The notes under the pieces were generated by a model. The model made no database searches and was not told the DNA's origin. It saw nothing but the letters and a program-made list of their open reading frames with translations. A DNA stretch of 46,003 bases. Source: a virus. Its lineage: Duplodnaviria > Heunggongvirae > Uroviricota > Caudoviricetes. How positions within the stretch are numbered: position 1 is the first letter of the stretch; each line of letters begins with the position of its first letter. The position numbers and the translations under genes are program-made. The stretch lies in IMG/VR virus record IMGVR_UViG_2562617057_000011, positions 1 through 46,003 of that record, one strand, 5' to 3'. This document shows positions 34,384 to 45,436 of this stretch, piece after piece.

Positions 34384-37300
34384 TTTGGGGATTGATGCGG
34401 CAGAGTTTAAAAATGAAATTCCCCGTATCAAAAACCTTCTGAATGGTGCAGCCAGCGATGCAGAACGGTCTTCTGCCCGTATGCAGCGTTTTATGGAGCG
34501 TCAGACTCAGGCGGCCCGGCAGACAATGCAGGCGGCTTCTTCGGCTGCAACAGCAGCATCAGCCCATGCGCAGACGGTGGAAAAGAACGCACGGGCTCAT
34601 GAACGCATGGCCCGTGAGGTGGAACAAACCCGTCTGCGCGTGGATGCCCTGAATCAGAAAATGCTCGAGGAACAGGCGCAGGCCAGGGCACTGGCGGAGG
34701 CGCAGGATAAAGCGGCTGCCGCCTTTTATCGCCAGATTGACAGTGTGAAACAGGCCGGTGCGGGGCTTCAGGAATTACAGCGTATTCAGCAGCAGATCCG
34801 ACAGGCCAGAAACAGTGGCGGGGTTGGTCAGCAGGATTATCTGGCGCTGATTTCGGAGATCACGGCGAAAACCCGTGCCCTGACGCAGGCAGAGGAACAG
34901 GCCACCCGGCAGAAAGCGGCGTTTATCCGCCAGCTTAAAGAGCAGGCAACCCGCCAGAATCTGTCGTCTTCTGAGTTGCTTCGCGCCAGGGCGGCTCAGC
35001 TGGGGGTAAGCAGTGCTGCAGAAGTGTATATCCGCAAAATGGAGCGGGCAGGAAAAGCCACACATTCGCTGGGGCTGAAAAGTGCGGCAGCCCGGCGGGA
35101 GCTGGGGGTGTTAATCAGTCAGATGGCGCGCGGCAATTTTGGTGCGCTGAGGGGATCCGGGATAACGCTGGCTAACCGTGCCGGATGGACAGGCGCACTG
35201 ATGTCGCCGAAAGGCATGATGACTGGCGGCGTTATTGGCGGACTTGTCGCGGCGGTCCTGGGTCTGGGTAAAGCCTGGCATGACGGCCGGAAGGAGGGCG
35301 AGGAATTTAACCGTCAGCTGGCGCTGACGGGACATTATGCCGGTGTCACTGTCGGGCAGTTGTGGAAACTCAGCCGGGCCATATCCGGGAATGGTATCAC
35401 GCAACATGCGGCAGCCGGTGCGCTGGCACAGGTGGTGGGCAGTGGGGCATTTCATGGAAACGATATTGGTATGGTGGCGAAAGCTGCCGCACAGATGGAG
35501 CGATCGGTTGGCCAGTCGGTCAGCGATACCATAAATCAGTTTAAGCGGCTGAAGGATGATCCTGTAAATGCCGCGAAGGCGCTGGACAATGCGCTGCATT
35601 TTTTGACTGCCACTCAGCTTGAGCAGATACGCGTCCTTGGGGAGCAGGGGCGGTCCAGTGATGCGGCCCGGATCGCCATGTCTGCGCTGGCAGAGGAAAC
35701 CGGTAAACGCACATCTGATATTGATAATAATCTCAATGCGCTGGGTAGTACGCTGCAAACCTTGTCTGACTGGTGGAAGCAGTTCTGGGATGCGGCCATG
35801 AATATTGGTCGTGAAGACTCGCTGGATGCGCAGATTGATGCGTTACAGGAAAAAATTCAGCGCGCGAAAAAATATCCGTGGACAAACGCCTCCACACAGG
35901 TGGAGTACGATCAGCAGCGTCTTAACGATCTTCAGGAGAAAAAACGCCGGAAGGATTTGCAGGATGCAAAAGCGCAGGCAGAACGGAATTACCAGGAGCA
36001 ACAGAAACGCCGGAATGCTGAAAATGCCGCGCTGAACCGGATGAATGAAACGGAAGCTGCACGACATCAGCGGGAAATTGCGCGTATTAATGCCATGCAG
36101 TACGCCGACCAGGCTGTCAGGGATGCGGCGATACAGCGTGAAAATGAACGTTACGAAAAAGCCATTAAGAAAAATACACGGGCAACCCGTAATGATGAGG
36201 CCACCCGGTTATTGCTGCAGTACAGTCAGCAGCAGGCACAGGTGGAAGGGCAGATTGCTGCTGCCAGACAGTCAGCAGGCATTGCCACTGAAAGGATGAC
36301 TGAAGCGCATAAACAGCTTCTGGCCCTGCAGCAGCGCATCAGCGACCTGGACGGGAAAAAGCTGACGGCAGATGAAAAGAGTGTGCTGGCCCGTAAGAAT
36401 GAGCTGATTCAGGCGCTGACGCTGCTGGATGTGAAACAGCAGGAGCTGCAGAAACAGACAGCGCTTAACGACCTGAGAAAAAAAACGGTTCAGCTGACCA
36501 GCCAGCTGGCAGACAAAGAACGTGCACTGCGTGAGCAGCACAATCTGGATATTGCCACTGCAGGTATGGGGGATAAGCAGCGGCAGCGCTACCAGGCACA
36601 GTTGCGCATCCGGCAGGAATACCGGCAACAGTTGCAACAGCTTGAGAATGACAGTCGCCAGAAAGGCACTTACGGGACGGAGGACTACCGGAGGGCTGAG
36701 GAGGTGCTGAAGGGGAGCCTGAAGCGACAACTGAATGAAAACAAACGCTACTGGCAGGAACTGGAAGTGGCGCAGGGCGACTGGAAAAACGGTGCCATGC
36801 GGGCGTTTCAGAATTTTACGGCGGATGCGGATAATGCGGCGGGAACGGCAGAACAGATGTTTACAGTGGCATTCAGCAGTGCCGGTAATGCACTGGCGAC
36901 ATTCTGTACCACCGGTAAGCTGAATTTTAAATCCTTCACCTCTTCCCTGTTGTCAGATATGGCCAGAATTATGGCACAGATGGCCATGATGCAGGCGGTA
37001 AAGGGCGTCGGTTCTTTATTCGGCTTCACGACTAATGCTGATGGCGGTGTTTACCAGTCTGCTGATTTGAGTCGCTACAGTGGCACGGTGGTTAACCGTC
37101 CGACGTTTTTTGCTTTTGCAAAAGGCGCGGGTGTGATGGGGGAAGCGGGACCTGAAGCCATTCTGCCACTGCGTCGCGGTGCTGATGGTAAGCTGGGGGT
37201 TGTGGCGGATACTGGTGGTTCAGGCATGGTGATGTTTGCCCCGCAGTACAACATTGAGATCAATAACGATGGCACGAACGGGCAGATAGGTCCGGCTGCC

Positions 37301-37396
37301 CTGAAGGTGGTTTATGACCTCGGGAAAAAAGCGGCCGCGGACTTTATGCAACAGCAGGCCCGTGATGGTGGCCGGTTAAGTGGAGCATACCGGTAA
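34355..37396 (+). CDS. H: tail tape-measure protein (gpH-like), 1013 aa
   Basis: Long Ala/Gln/Arg-rich coiled-coil protein at the lambda H position; GGAGGTG Shine-Dalgarno. Confidence 0.95.
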   Translation: MDQIANLVIDLGIDAAEFKNEIPRIKNLLNGAASDAERSSARMQRFMERQTQAARQTMQAASSAATAASAHAQTVEKNARAHERMAREVEQTRLRVDALNQKMLEEQAQARALAEAQDKAAAAFYRQIDSVKQAGAGLQELQRIQQQIRQARNSGGVGQQDYLALISEITAKTRALTQAEEQATRQKAAFIRQLKEQATRQNLSSSELLRARAAQLGVSSAAEVYIRKMERAGKATHSLGLKSAAARRELGVLISQMARGNFGALRGSGITLANRAGWTGALMSPKGMMTGGVIGGLVAAVLGLGKAWHDGRKEGEEFNRQLALTGHYAGVTVGQLWKLSRAISGNGITQHAAAGALAQVVGSGAFHGNDIGMVAKAAAQMERSVGQSVSDTINQFKRLKDDPVNAAKALDNALHFLTATQLEQIRVLGEQGRSSDAARIAMSALAEETGKRTSDIDNNLNALGSTLQTLSDWWKQFWDAAMNIGREDSLDAQIDALQEKIQRAKKYPWTNASTQVEYDQQRLNDLQEKKRRKDLQDAKAQAERNYQEQQKRRNAENAALNRMNETEAARHQREIARINAMQYADQAVRDAAIQRENERYEKAIKKNTRATRNDEATRLLLQYSQQQAQVEGQIAAARQSAGIATERMTEAHKQLLALQQRISDLDGKKLTADEKSVLARKNELIQALTLLDVKQQELQKQTALNDLRKKTVQLTSQLADKERALREQHNLDIATAGMGDKQRQRYQAQLRIRQEYRQQLQQLENDSRQKGTYGTEDYRRAEEVLKGSLKRQLNENKRYWQELEVAQGDWKNGAMRAFQNFTADADNAAGTAEQMFTVAFSSAGNALATFCTTGKLNFKSFTSSLLSDMARIMAQMAMMQAVKGVGSLFGFTTNADGGVYQSADLSRYSGTVVNRPTFFAFAKGAGVMGEAGPEAILPLRRGADGKLGVVADTGGSGMVMFAPQYNIEINNDGTNGQIGPAALKVVYDLGKKAAADFMQQQARDGGRLSGAYR

Positions 37397-37725
37397 TGGA
37401 GACGTTTCACTGGAAAGTGCGCCCGGATATGAATGTGGTATCAGAGCCGAAAGTGGTGACAGTGAAGCTGGGCGATGGTTATGAACAGCGTCGTGCGGCG
37501 GGACTGAATAACCAGTTGTCGACTTACAGCGTGACGATACGTGTTCGTAAAGGTGAACACCCACCTTTAAAAGCCTTTCTGGAACGGCACGGTGGCGTCC
37601 GCGCATTTCAGTGGACGCCACCTTATGACTGGAAGCCGATCAGGGTGGTTTGTCGTAAATGGTCGGCAAGCGTGGGGGCGTTGTGGGTAACCATAACGGC
37701 AGATTTTGAACAGGTCGTGGCATAG
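37396..37725 (+). CDS. M: minor tail protein gpM-like, 109 aa
   Basis: Size and position as lambda M; TAATG overlap with the H stop. Confidence 0.9.
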   Translation: METFHWKVRPDMNVVSEPKVVTVKLGDGYEQRRAAGLNNQLSTYSVTIRVRKGEHPPLKAFLERHGGVRAFQWTPPYDWKPIRVVCRKWSASVGALWVTITADFEQVVA

Positions 37726-37734
37726 GAGTCTCTG

Positions 37735-38433
37735 ATGCAGGATATTCCACAGGAAACACATCATGAGACGACACGCCTCACTCAGTCAGCCCAGGTGGTG
37801 CTCTGGGAAATCGATCTGACAGTGGTCGGTGGAGAACGTTATTTTTTCTGTAATGAGCAGAACGAAAAAGGTGAGCCGGTCACCTGGCAGGGGCGGCAGT
37901 ATCAGGCATACCCCATTCAGGGGTCGGGGTTTGAACTGAACGGCAGGGGCTGTGCTGCCCGTCCGACACTGACGGTCTCTAACCTGCACGGCATGGTCAC
38001 CGGTATGGCGGAAGATCTGCAGAGTCTGGTCGGCGGAACGGTGGTCCGGCGTAAGGTTTACGCCCGTTTTCTGGATGCGGTGAACTTCGTCAACGGAAAC
38101 AGCGACGCCGATCCGGAACAGGAGGTGATCAGCCGCTGGCGCATCGAGCAGTGCAGCGAACTGAGCGCGGTCAGTGCCTCTTTTGTGCTGGCCACACCAA
38201 CGGAGACGGATGGCGCGGTTTTCCCGGGGCGTATCATGCTGGCGAATACCTGTATGTGGACTTACCGTTCTGATGAGTGTGGTTACACGGGCAGGGCAGT
38301 GGCTGACGAGTTCGACAAACCAACGACGGATATCCGGAAGGACAAATGCAGCAAGTGTATGCGCGGGTGTGAGTTGCGCAACAATACCGGTAATTTCGGC
38401 GGTTTCCTTTCCATCAATAAACTTTCTCAGTAA
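37735..38433 (+). CDS. L: minor tail protein gpL-like, 232 aa
   Basis: Size and position as lambda L; conserved Cys cluster near the C-terminus. Confidence 0.9.
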   Translation: MQDIPQETHHETTRLTQSAQVVLWEIDLTVVGGERYFFCNEQNEKGEPVTWQGRQYQAYPIQGSGFELNGRGCAARPTLTVSNLHGMVTGMAEDLQSLVGGTVVRRKVYARFLDAVNFVNGNSDADPEQEVISRWRIEQCSELSAVSASFVLATPTETDGAVFPGRIMLANTCMWTYRSDECGYTGRAVADEFDKPTTDIRKDKCSKCMRGCELRNNTGNFGGFLSINKLSQ

Positions 38434-38437
38434 ATCC

Positions 38438-39181
38438 ATGACACAGACAGAATCAGCGATTCTGGCGCACGCCCGGCGATGTGCGCCAGCGGAGTTGTGC
38501 GGCTTCGTGGTGAGAACGCCGGAGGGGGAAAGATATTTTCCCTGCGTGAATATCTCCGGTGAGCCGGAGGCGTATTTCCGGATGTCGCCGGAGGACTGGC
38601 TGCGGGCAGAGATGCAGGGTGAGATTGTGGCGCTGGTCCACAGCCACCCCGGTGGTCTGCCCTGGCTGAGTGAGGCTGACAGGCGGCTGCAGGTGCAGAG
38701 CGATTTGCCGTGGTGGCTGGTCTGCCGGGGTGAGATTCATAAATTCCGCTGTGTGCCGCATCTTACCGGGCGGCGCTTTGAGCACGGGGTGACGGACTGT
38801 TACACGCTGTTCCGGGATGCTTATCATCTGGCGGGGATTGAGATGCCGGATTTTCATCGCGGGGATGACTGGTGGCGTCACGGTCAGAATCTCTATCTTG
38901 ACAATATGGAGGTGACGGGTTTTTACCGTGTCGCACTGACAGAGGCACAGCCGGGCGATGTGCTGCTGTGCTGTTTTGGTTCATCGGTGCCGAATCATGC
39001 CGCCATTTACTGCGGTGACGGCGGGCTGCTGCACCATATTCCTGAACAACTGAGCAAACGAGAGAGGTACACCGACAAATGGCAGCGACGCACACACTCC
39101 CTCTGGCGTCACCGGGCATGGCGCGCATCTGCCTTTACGGGGATTTACAACGATTTGGTCGCCGCATCGACCTTCGTGTGA
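38438..39181 (+). CDS. K: tail assembly protein gpK-like (MPN/JAMM plus NlpC/P60-like domains), 247 aa
   Basis: HSHP-containing MPN-like motif and Cys/His hydrolase-like C-terminal domain; position as lambda K. Confidence 0.9.
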   Translation: MTQTESAILAHARRCAPAELCGFVVRTPEGERYFPCVNISGEPEAYFRMSPEDWLRAEMQGEIVALVHSHPGGLPWLSEADRRLQVQSDLPWWLVCRGEIHKFRCVPHLTGRRFEHGVTDCYTLFRDAYHLAGIEMPDFHRGDDWWRHGQNLYLDNMEVTGFYRVALTEAQPGDVLLCCFGSSVPNHAAIYCGDGGLLHHIPEQLSKRERYTDKWQRRTHSLWRHRAWRASAFTGIYNDLVAASTFV

Positions 39182-39720
39182 AAACGGGGGCTGAAGCCAT
39201 CCGGGCACTGGCCACACAGCTCCCGGCGTTTCGTCAGAAACTGAGTGACGGCTGGTATCAGGTGCGCATTGCCGGGCGTGATGCAGGTGAAACCGAATTG
39301 TCTGCCCGTCTTAATGAGCCGCTGGCAAATGGTGCAGTGATCCACATAGTACCGCGTCTGGTGGGAGCTAAAAGTGGCGGTGTGTTTCAGGCGGTGCTGG
39401 GGGCGGCTGTTATGGCGGTTGCTATATGGATGCCGGGGGTAGGAATTATGGCGAGTAATCTGCTGTTTTCTCTCGGTGCCAGTATGACGCTTGGCGGTGT
39501 TGCACAGATGCTGGCACCGAAAGCCAGAACTCCCCGTACACAGACAACGGATAACGGTAAGCAGAACACGTATTTCTCGTCACTGGATAACATGGTTGCC
39601 CAGGGCAATGTTCTGCCCGTTCTGTACGGTGAAATGCGCGTGGGGTCACGTGTGGTTTCTCAGGAGATCAGCACGGCAGACGAAGGGGATGGTGGTCAGG
39701 TTGTGGTGATTGGTCGCTGA
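39079..39720 (+). CDS. I: tail assembly protein gpI-like, 213 aa
   Basis: Overlaps the 3' end of K in another frame as in lambda; hydrophobic central segment. Confidence 0.85.
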   Translation: MAATHTLPLASPGMARICLYGDLQRFGRRIDLRVKTGAEAIRALATQLPAFRQKLSDGWYQVRIAGRDAGETELSARLNEPLANGAVIHIVPRLVGAKSGGVFQAVLGAAVMAVAIWMPGVGIMASNLLFSLGASMTLGGVAQMLAPKARTPRTQTTDNGKQNTYFSSLDNMVAQGNVLPVLYGEMRVGSRVVSQEISTADEGDGGQVVVIGR

Positions 39721-39780
39721 TGCAAAATGTTTTATGTGAAACCGCCTGCGGGCGGTTTTGTCGTTTATGGAGCGTGAGGA

Positions 39781-42700
39781 ATGGGTAAAGGCAGCAGTAA
39801 GGGGCATACCCCGCGCGAAGCGAAGGACAACCTGAAATCCACGCAGTTGCTGAGTGTGATTGATGCCATCAGCGAAGGGCCGGTTGAAGGTCCGGTGGAT
39901 GGATTAAAAAGCGTGCTGCTGAACGGTACGCCGGTCCTGGACAGCGAGGGGAAGACAAACTTTTCCGGTGTTACGGTGGTGTTCCGCGCCGGCGAGCAGG
40001 AGCAGACACCGCCGGAGGGGTTTGAATCTTCCGGCTCAGAGACTGTGCTGGGTACGGAAGTGAAATACGACACGCCGATCACCCGGACCATCACGTCGGC
40101 AAACATCGACCGTCTGCGCCTGACCTTCGGTGTGCAGGCACTGGTGGAAACCACCTCAAAGGGTGACCGGAATCCGTCGGAAGTCCGCCTGCTGGTTCAG
40201 ATACAGCGTAACGGTGGCTGGGTGACGGAAAAAGACATCACCATTAAGGGCAAAACCACTTCGCAGTATCTGGCCTCGGTGGTGGTGGGTAACCTGCCGC
40301 CGCGCCCGTTTAATATCCGGATGCGCAGGATGACACCGGACAGCACCACAGACCAGCTGCAGAACAAAACGCTCTGGTCGTCGTACACCGAAATCATCGA
40401 TGTGAAACAGTGCTACCCGAACACGGCGCTGGTCGGCGTGCAGGTGGATTCAGAGCAGTTCGGTAACCAGCAGGTGAGTCGCAATTATCATCTTCGCGGG
40501 CGCATTCTGCAGGTGCCGTCGAACTATAACCCGCAGACGCGGCAATACAGCGGTATCTGGGACGGAACGCTTAAGCCAGCATACAGCAACAACATGGCCT
40601 GGTGTCTGTGGGACATGCTCACTCATCCGCGCTACGGCATGGGGAAACGTCTTGGTGCGGCAGATGTGGACAAATGGGCGCTGTATGTCATCGGCCAGTA
40701 CTGCGACCAGTCAGTGCCGGACGGATTTGGCGGCACGGAGCCGCGCATCACCTGTAACGCTTACCTGACCACACAGCGTAAGGCGTGGGATGTTCTCAGT
40801 GATTTCTGCTCGGCGATGCGCTGTATGCCGGTATGGAACGGGCAGACGCTGACGTTCGTGCAGGACCGACCGTCGGATAAGGTGTGGACCTATAACCGCA
40901 GTAATGTGGTGATGCCGGATGATGGCGCGCCGTTCCGTTACAGCTTCAGCGCCCTGAAGGACCGCCATAATGCCGTTGAGGTGAACTGGATTGATCCGGA
41001 CAACGGTCATGAGACGGCGACAGAGCTTGTGGAGGACACGCAGGCCATTCTCCGTTACGGTCGTAACGTCACGAAGATGGATGCCTTTGGCTGTACCAGC
41101 CGGGGACAGGCGCACCGCGCCGGGCTGTGGCTGATTAAAACGGAACTGCTGGAAACGCAGACCGTGGACTTCAGCGTCGGCGCAGAAGGGCTTCGCCATG
41201 TACCGGGTGATGTCATTGAAATCTGCGATGATGATTATGCCGGTATCAGCACCGGTGGTCGCGTACTGGCGGTGAACAGCCAGACCCGGACGCTGACGCT
41301 CGACCGTGAAATCACGCTGCCGTCCTCCGGTACCACGCTGATAAGCCTGGTTGACGGAAATGGCAATCCGGTCAGCGTGGAGGTTCAGTCCGTCACCGAC
41401 GGCGTGAAGGTGAAAGTGAGCCGTGTTCCTGACGGCGTTGCCGGATACAGCGTGTGGGGGCTGAAGCTGCCGACGCTGCGCCAGCGCCTGTTCCGCTGTG
41501 TGAGTATCCGTGAGAACGACGACGGCACGTATGCCATCACCGCCGTGCAGCATGTGCCGGAAAAAGAGGCCATTGTGGATAACGGGGCACACTTTGACAG
41601 TGACCGGCGCGGCACGGTGAATGGTGTCACGCCGCCAGCAGTGCAGCACCTGACCGCAGAAGTCATCGCAGGCAGCGGGGAATATCAGGTGCTGGCGCGC
41701 TGGGACACGCCGAAGGTGGTGAAGGGGGTGAGCTTCCTGCTTCGCCTGACCGTGGCAGCGGATGACGGCAGTGAGCGGCTGGTCAGCACAGCCCGGACGA
41801 CGGAAACCACATATCGTTTCACGCAGCTTGCGTTGGGGCGTTATACGCTGACAGTCCGGGCGGTAAATGCCCGGGGGCAGCAGGGCGATCCGGTGTCGGT
41901 ATCGTTCCGGATTGCGGCACCGGCAGCGCCTGTCACTATTGAACTGATACCGGGGTATTTTCAGATAACGGCGGTCCCGAAACTGGCTGTATATGACCCG
42001 ACGGTGCAGTTTGAGTTCTGGTTTTCGGAAAAGCGGATTGCGGATATCAGGCAGGTTGAAACCACAGCCCGCTATCTTGGCACGGCGCTGTACTGGATAG
42101 CCGCCAGTATCAATATCAAACCGGGCCATGATTATTATTTTTACGTTCGCAGTGTGAACACCGTTGGCAAATCGGCATTTGTGGAGGCCGTCGGTCGGGC
42201 GAGCGATGATGCGGAAGGTTATCTGAGTTTTTATAAAGGGTTGATCAATAAAACGCATCTCGGCAAGGAGTTGTGGACGCAGATTGATAACGGTCAGCTT
42301 GCGCCGGACCTGACTGAAATCAGGACGTCCATTACGAATGTCAGCAATGAAATCACGCAAACCGTCAATAAAAAACTGGAAAATCAGAGTGCTGCAATCC
42401 AGCAGATACAGAAAGTTCAGGTTGATACAAATAATAACCTGAACAGCATGTGGGCTGTGAAGCTGCAACAGATGAAGGACGGACGCCTTTATATTGCGGG
42501 TATCGGTGCCGGTATTGAGAATACGCCAGCAGGAATGCAGAGTCAGGTGCTGCTGGCGGCAGACAGGATTGCGATGATTAATCCTGCGAATGGCAACACA
42601 AAGCCGATGTTTGTTGGTCAGGGCGATCAGATATTCATGAACGACGTGTTCCTGAAACGCCTGACGGCTCCCACCATTACCAGCGGTGGCAGTCCTCCGG

Positions 42701-43278
42701 CATTTTCCCTGACACCTGGCGGACGGCTGACGGCGAAAAATGCCGATATCAGTGGTAGTGTGAATGCGAACTCAGGAACGCTCAACAATGTCACGATTAA
42801 CCAGAACTGTACGATTAAGGGCATGCTGGAGGCGACCCAGGTCAGAGGGGATTTCGTTAAAGCTGTATCAAAAGCCTTCCCGAAAAAAGTCGGTACGTGG
42901 GGTAACACGGAAACACCAAACGGTACGGTTACAGTCACCATCAGCGATGATCATAACTTTGACCGCCAGATTATTATTCCGCCCATTATCTTTAACGGAA
43001 TAGCGTATAGCGATCCGGGAAGTGGTAATAACCCCAGAGGCACGAGATACACAGGTTATGGTTTTGAAGTTCGCAAAAACGGCGTATTAATCGCATCCAG
43101 AGAAACTAAAGGGGCCATTCCCGGTAGTTACAGTGCGGTTATTGATATGCCGAGTGGCAGAGGAAGCGTCACTCTGGAGTTTAAGATTTTCCAGAAAGGC
43201 AATCAGGGGGCAGGTAATATCACCGACTGTACGGTGATTGTGACCAAAAAAGCGGCTTCCGGCATCAGTATTCGTTGA
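39781..43278 (+). CDS. J: host-specificity / central tail fibre protein gpJ-like, 1165 aa
   Basis: Size, position and N-terminal similarity to recalled lambda J; fibronectin-like repeats. Confidence 0.95.
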   Translation: MGKGSSKGHTPREAKDNLKSTQLLSVIDAISEGPVEGPVDGLKSVLLNGTPVLDSEGKTNFSGVTVVFRAGEQEQTPPEGFESSGSETVLGTEVKYDTPITRTITSANIDRLRLTFGVQALVETTSKGDRNPSEVRLLVQIQRNGGWVTEKDITIKGKTTSQYLASVVVGNLPPRPFNIRMRRMTPDSTTDQLQNKTLWSSYTEIIDVKQCYPNTALVGVQVDSEQFGNQQVSRNYHLRGRILQVPSNYNPQTRQYSGIWDGTLKPAYSNNMAWCLWDMLTHPRYGMGKRLGAADVDKWALYVIGQYCDQSVPDGFGGTEPRITCNAYLTTQRKAWDVLSDFCSAMRCMPVWNGQTLTFVQDRPSDKVWTYNRSNVVMPDDGAPFRYSFSALKDRHNAVEVNWIDPDNGHETATELVEDTQAILRYGRNVTKMDAFGCTSRGQAHRAGLWLIKTELLETQTVDFSVGAEGLRHVPGDVIEICDDDYAGISTGGRVLAVNSQTRTLTLDREITLPSSGTTLISLVDGNGNPVSVEVQSVTDGVKVKVSRVPDGVAGYSVWGLKLPTLRQRLFRCVSIRENDDGTYAITAVQHVPEKEAIVDNGAHFDSDRRGTVNGVTPPAVQHLTAEVIAGSGEYQVLARWDTPKVVKGVSFLLRLTVAADDGSERLVSTARTTETTYRFTQLALGRYTLTVRAVNARGQQGDPVSVSFRIAAPAAPVTIELIPGYFQITAVPKLAVYDPTVQFEFWFSEKRIADIRQVETTARYLGTALYWIAASINIKPGHDYYFYVRSVNTVGKSAFVEAVGRASDDAEGYLSFYKGLINKTHLGKELWTQIDNGQLAPDLTEIRTSITNVSNEITQTVNKKLENQSAAIQQIQKVQVDTNNNLNSMWAVKLQQMKDGRLYIAGIGAGIENTPAGMQSQVLLAADRIAMINPANGNTKPMFVGQGDQIFMNDVFLKRLTAPTITSGGSPPAFSLTPGGRLTAKNADISGSVNANSGTLNNVTINQNCTIKGMLEATQVRGDFVKAVSKAFPKKVGTWGNTETPNGTVTVTISDDHNFDRQIIIPPIIFNGIAYSDPGSGNNPRGTRYTGYGFEVRKNGVLIASRETKGAIPGSYSAVIDMPSGRGSVTLEFKIFQKGNQGAGNITDCTVIVTKKAASGISIR

Positions 43279-43298
43279 AATTGTTATAACCCATATAA

Positions 43299-43324
43299 GG
43301 GCACCAGAAATGGTGCCTTTTTTA
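43299..43324 (+). terminator. intrinsic terminator after J
   Basis: GGGCACCA-GAAA-TGGTGCC hairpin with GAAA tetraloop followed by TTTTTTT. Confidence 0.7.
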
Positions 43325-43347
43325 TTGCAGAAAAGCGAGAGGTAATT

Positions 43348-43947
43348 ATGCGTAAACTTTATGCCGCCATTTTGTCCGCAGCCATTTGTCTGGCCGTATC
43401 CGGTGCGCCTGCATGGGCATCTGAACATCAGTCCACGCTGAGCGCGGGGTATCTTCATGCCTCGACGAACGTTCCCGGCAGCGATGATCTTAACGGGATT
43501 AACGTGAAATACCGTTATGAGTTTACGGACACACTGGGGCTGGTGACGTCATTCAGCTATGCAGGAGACAAGAATCGCCAGCTTACCCGTTACAGCGATA
43601 CCCGCTGGCATGAAGATTCCGTGCGTAACCGCTGGTTCAGCGTGATGGTGGGGCCGTCTGTGCGCGTGAATGAATGGTTCAGCGCGTATGCGATGGCGGG
43701 TATGGCTTACAGCCGTGTGTCGACTTTCTCCGGGGATTATCTCCGCGTAACTGACAACAAGGGGAAAACGCACGACGTGCTGACCGGAAGTGATGACGGT
43801 CGCCACAGCAACACGTCTCTGGCGTGGGGAGCTGGCGTGCAGTTTAACCCGACCGAATCCGTGGCCATTGACCTTGCTTATGAAGGTTCCGGCAGTGGCG
43901 ACTGGCGCACTGACGGTTTCATCGTGGGTGTCGGTTATAAGTTCTGA
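43348..43947 (+). CDS. lom: Lom-like outer-membrane beta-barrel protein (Ail/OmpX family), 199 aa
   Basis: Signal peptide, alternating beta-strand pattern, C-terminal aromatic residue; position after J as in lambda. Confidence 0.9.
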
Positions 43948-44010
43948 TTAGCCAGGTAACACAGTGTTATGACAGCCCGCTGGTTCAGGCGGGCTTTTTG
44001 TGGGGTGAAT

Positions 44011-45426
44011 ATGGCAGTAAAGATTTCAGGTGTACTGAAAGATGGGGCGGGTAAACCTGTCGTAAATTGTGCGATTGAACTGCGGGCCAGAAGAACCAGT
44101 CCGACCGTTGTGGCACACGTTGTTGCCACTTGCGTGACGGACAATAACGGTGCTTATGTGATTGAGGCTGAGCCGGGGTATTACGAGGTTGCGCTTCACT
44201 GTAACGGCTGGCAGCCAACCCGTGTCGGGGATATTGATGTGGCACCGACTGATGCACCGGGGACACTGAACGCGTTTCTGAATGCACCAAAGGATGGTGA
44301 TTTACGTCCGGAGGTGATGAAGCGCTTTGAGGAAATGGTGGCGCAGGCGCAGCAGAGTGCCGGGAGCGCAGCCGGAAACGCACAGCAGACGGCGCAGGAT
44401 GTGGCGGCAGCCGCAACGGCCCGTGATGATGCACAACGTTTTGCGGAGAAAGCCCGACAGGATGCAACCGTCACAGCTGAGGACAGAAAGGCCACTGCGG
44501 AAGATGTGACAAGCACAGGAGCAAATGCAGCCGCAGCCGGACAGAGTGCACAGGATGCCGCAGGTTATGCCCGCGCAGCAGAACAGGCCAAAAATGACAT
44601 TGATGCTGCGCTGACCGGCACTCTGAAAACGGCTAACCATCTGTCTGAAATCGCAGCAGCAGGCGAAAAGGCACAACAGAAGTCCCGGGATAGTCTGGGG
44701 CTGAAAAGTGCAGCCACGATGGAAGCACAGAGCGACATTTACGACCGGACAAAAGGCCGTCTGGCGATACCCGGCGCATTCGGCTTTGGGCGTGCTTTTC
44801 TGTCTGAAGATGTTATCCGTTTTGACACTAAGAGTGATTTCCTGGCCTGGGTAAGGAATGCGCTGCCAGGTGAATATTCCGTTGCTGGCCCCTACGACAT
44901 CATCATACCCGACACACGGTTTGAAGGGGTGCTCAGCATCCGGTGGACTGATGCACGCCCTGAGACAACAGAACCGAGGTACAGAGCCAAATCCCTTACT
45001 TTTTACGGCATTAACGGCCCCATTTATCACACCCGCTACTGCTACTGGCCCATATCCAGACTGACTGGCTGGGTGAAAATAAATATAACCACAGAAGATA
45101 TTATTTACAGAATCGTGGCGAGCTCTGTCCGCAACAGATGGGGAGACCCTGACATTGGCGGGCTGATTATTGCTGCGTACCAGGGAGAAGCTGACGGTGA
45201 TAAAGTCATCAGACTTGTCAGGGGGCAGTCATACAGAGGCTCACGACTGGGACCGGTGGGGATTTCAGTGCCCTGTACTCCCACCGGAACGTATATAGCA
45301 TCCCCACAATTTTTCATTACGGGATGTTCAGAGCATTCATTACCGGGGTCATATTGCGCCCTGTCCGGGGTGCCGGATGCACATGTCTCTGGCGCAATGC
45401 CCGGGCTTTTTATTCGCACATCGTGA
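44011..45426 (+). CDS. stf: side tail fibre protein (Stf-like) with lambda-type N-terminus and divergent C-terminal domain, 471 aa
   Basis: N-terminus MAVKISGVLKDGAGKPV matches recalled lambda Stf; Ala/Gln-rich shaft; C-terminal ~200 aa differ. Confidence 0.85.
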   Translation: MAVKISGVLKDGAGKPVVNCAIELRARRTSPTVVAHVVATCVTDNNGAYVIEAEPGYYEVALHCNGWQPTRVGDIDVAPTDAPGTLNAFLNAPKDGDLRPEVMKRFEEMVAQAQQSAGSAAGNAQQTAQDVAAAATARDDAQRFAEKARQDATVTAEDRKATAEDVTSTGANAAAAGQSAQDAAGYARAAEQAKNDIDAALTGTLKTANHLSEIAAAGEKAQQKSRDSLGLKSAATMEAQSDIYDRTKGRLAIPGAFGFGRAFLSEDVIRFDTKSDFLAWVRNALPGEYSVAGPYDIIIPDTRFEGVLSIRWTDARPETTEPRYRAKSLTFYGINGPIYHTRYCYWPISRLTGWVKINITTEDIIYRIVASSVRNRWGDPDIGGLIIAAYQGEADGDKVIRLVRGQSYRGSRLGPVGISVPCTPTGTYIASPQFFITGCSEHSLPGSYCALSGVPDAHVSGAMPGLFIRTS

Positions 45427-45436
45427 GGAATGCACC

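Noticed and set aside
35111-35758. 215-aa minus-strand ORF
   Set aside because: Antisense to the tape-measure gene.
40711-42468. 585-aa minus-strand ORF
   Set aside because: Antisense to the strongly supported J gene; Arg/His-rich composition typical of a spurious reverse-strand frame in GC-rich coding DNA.
44302-45030. 242-aa minus-strand ORF
   Set aside because: Antisense to the side tail fibre gene; Cys-rich, non-protein-like.
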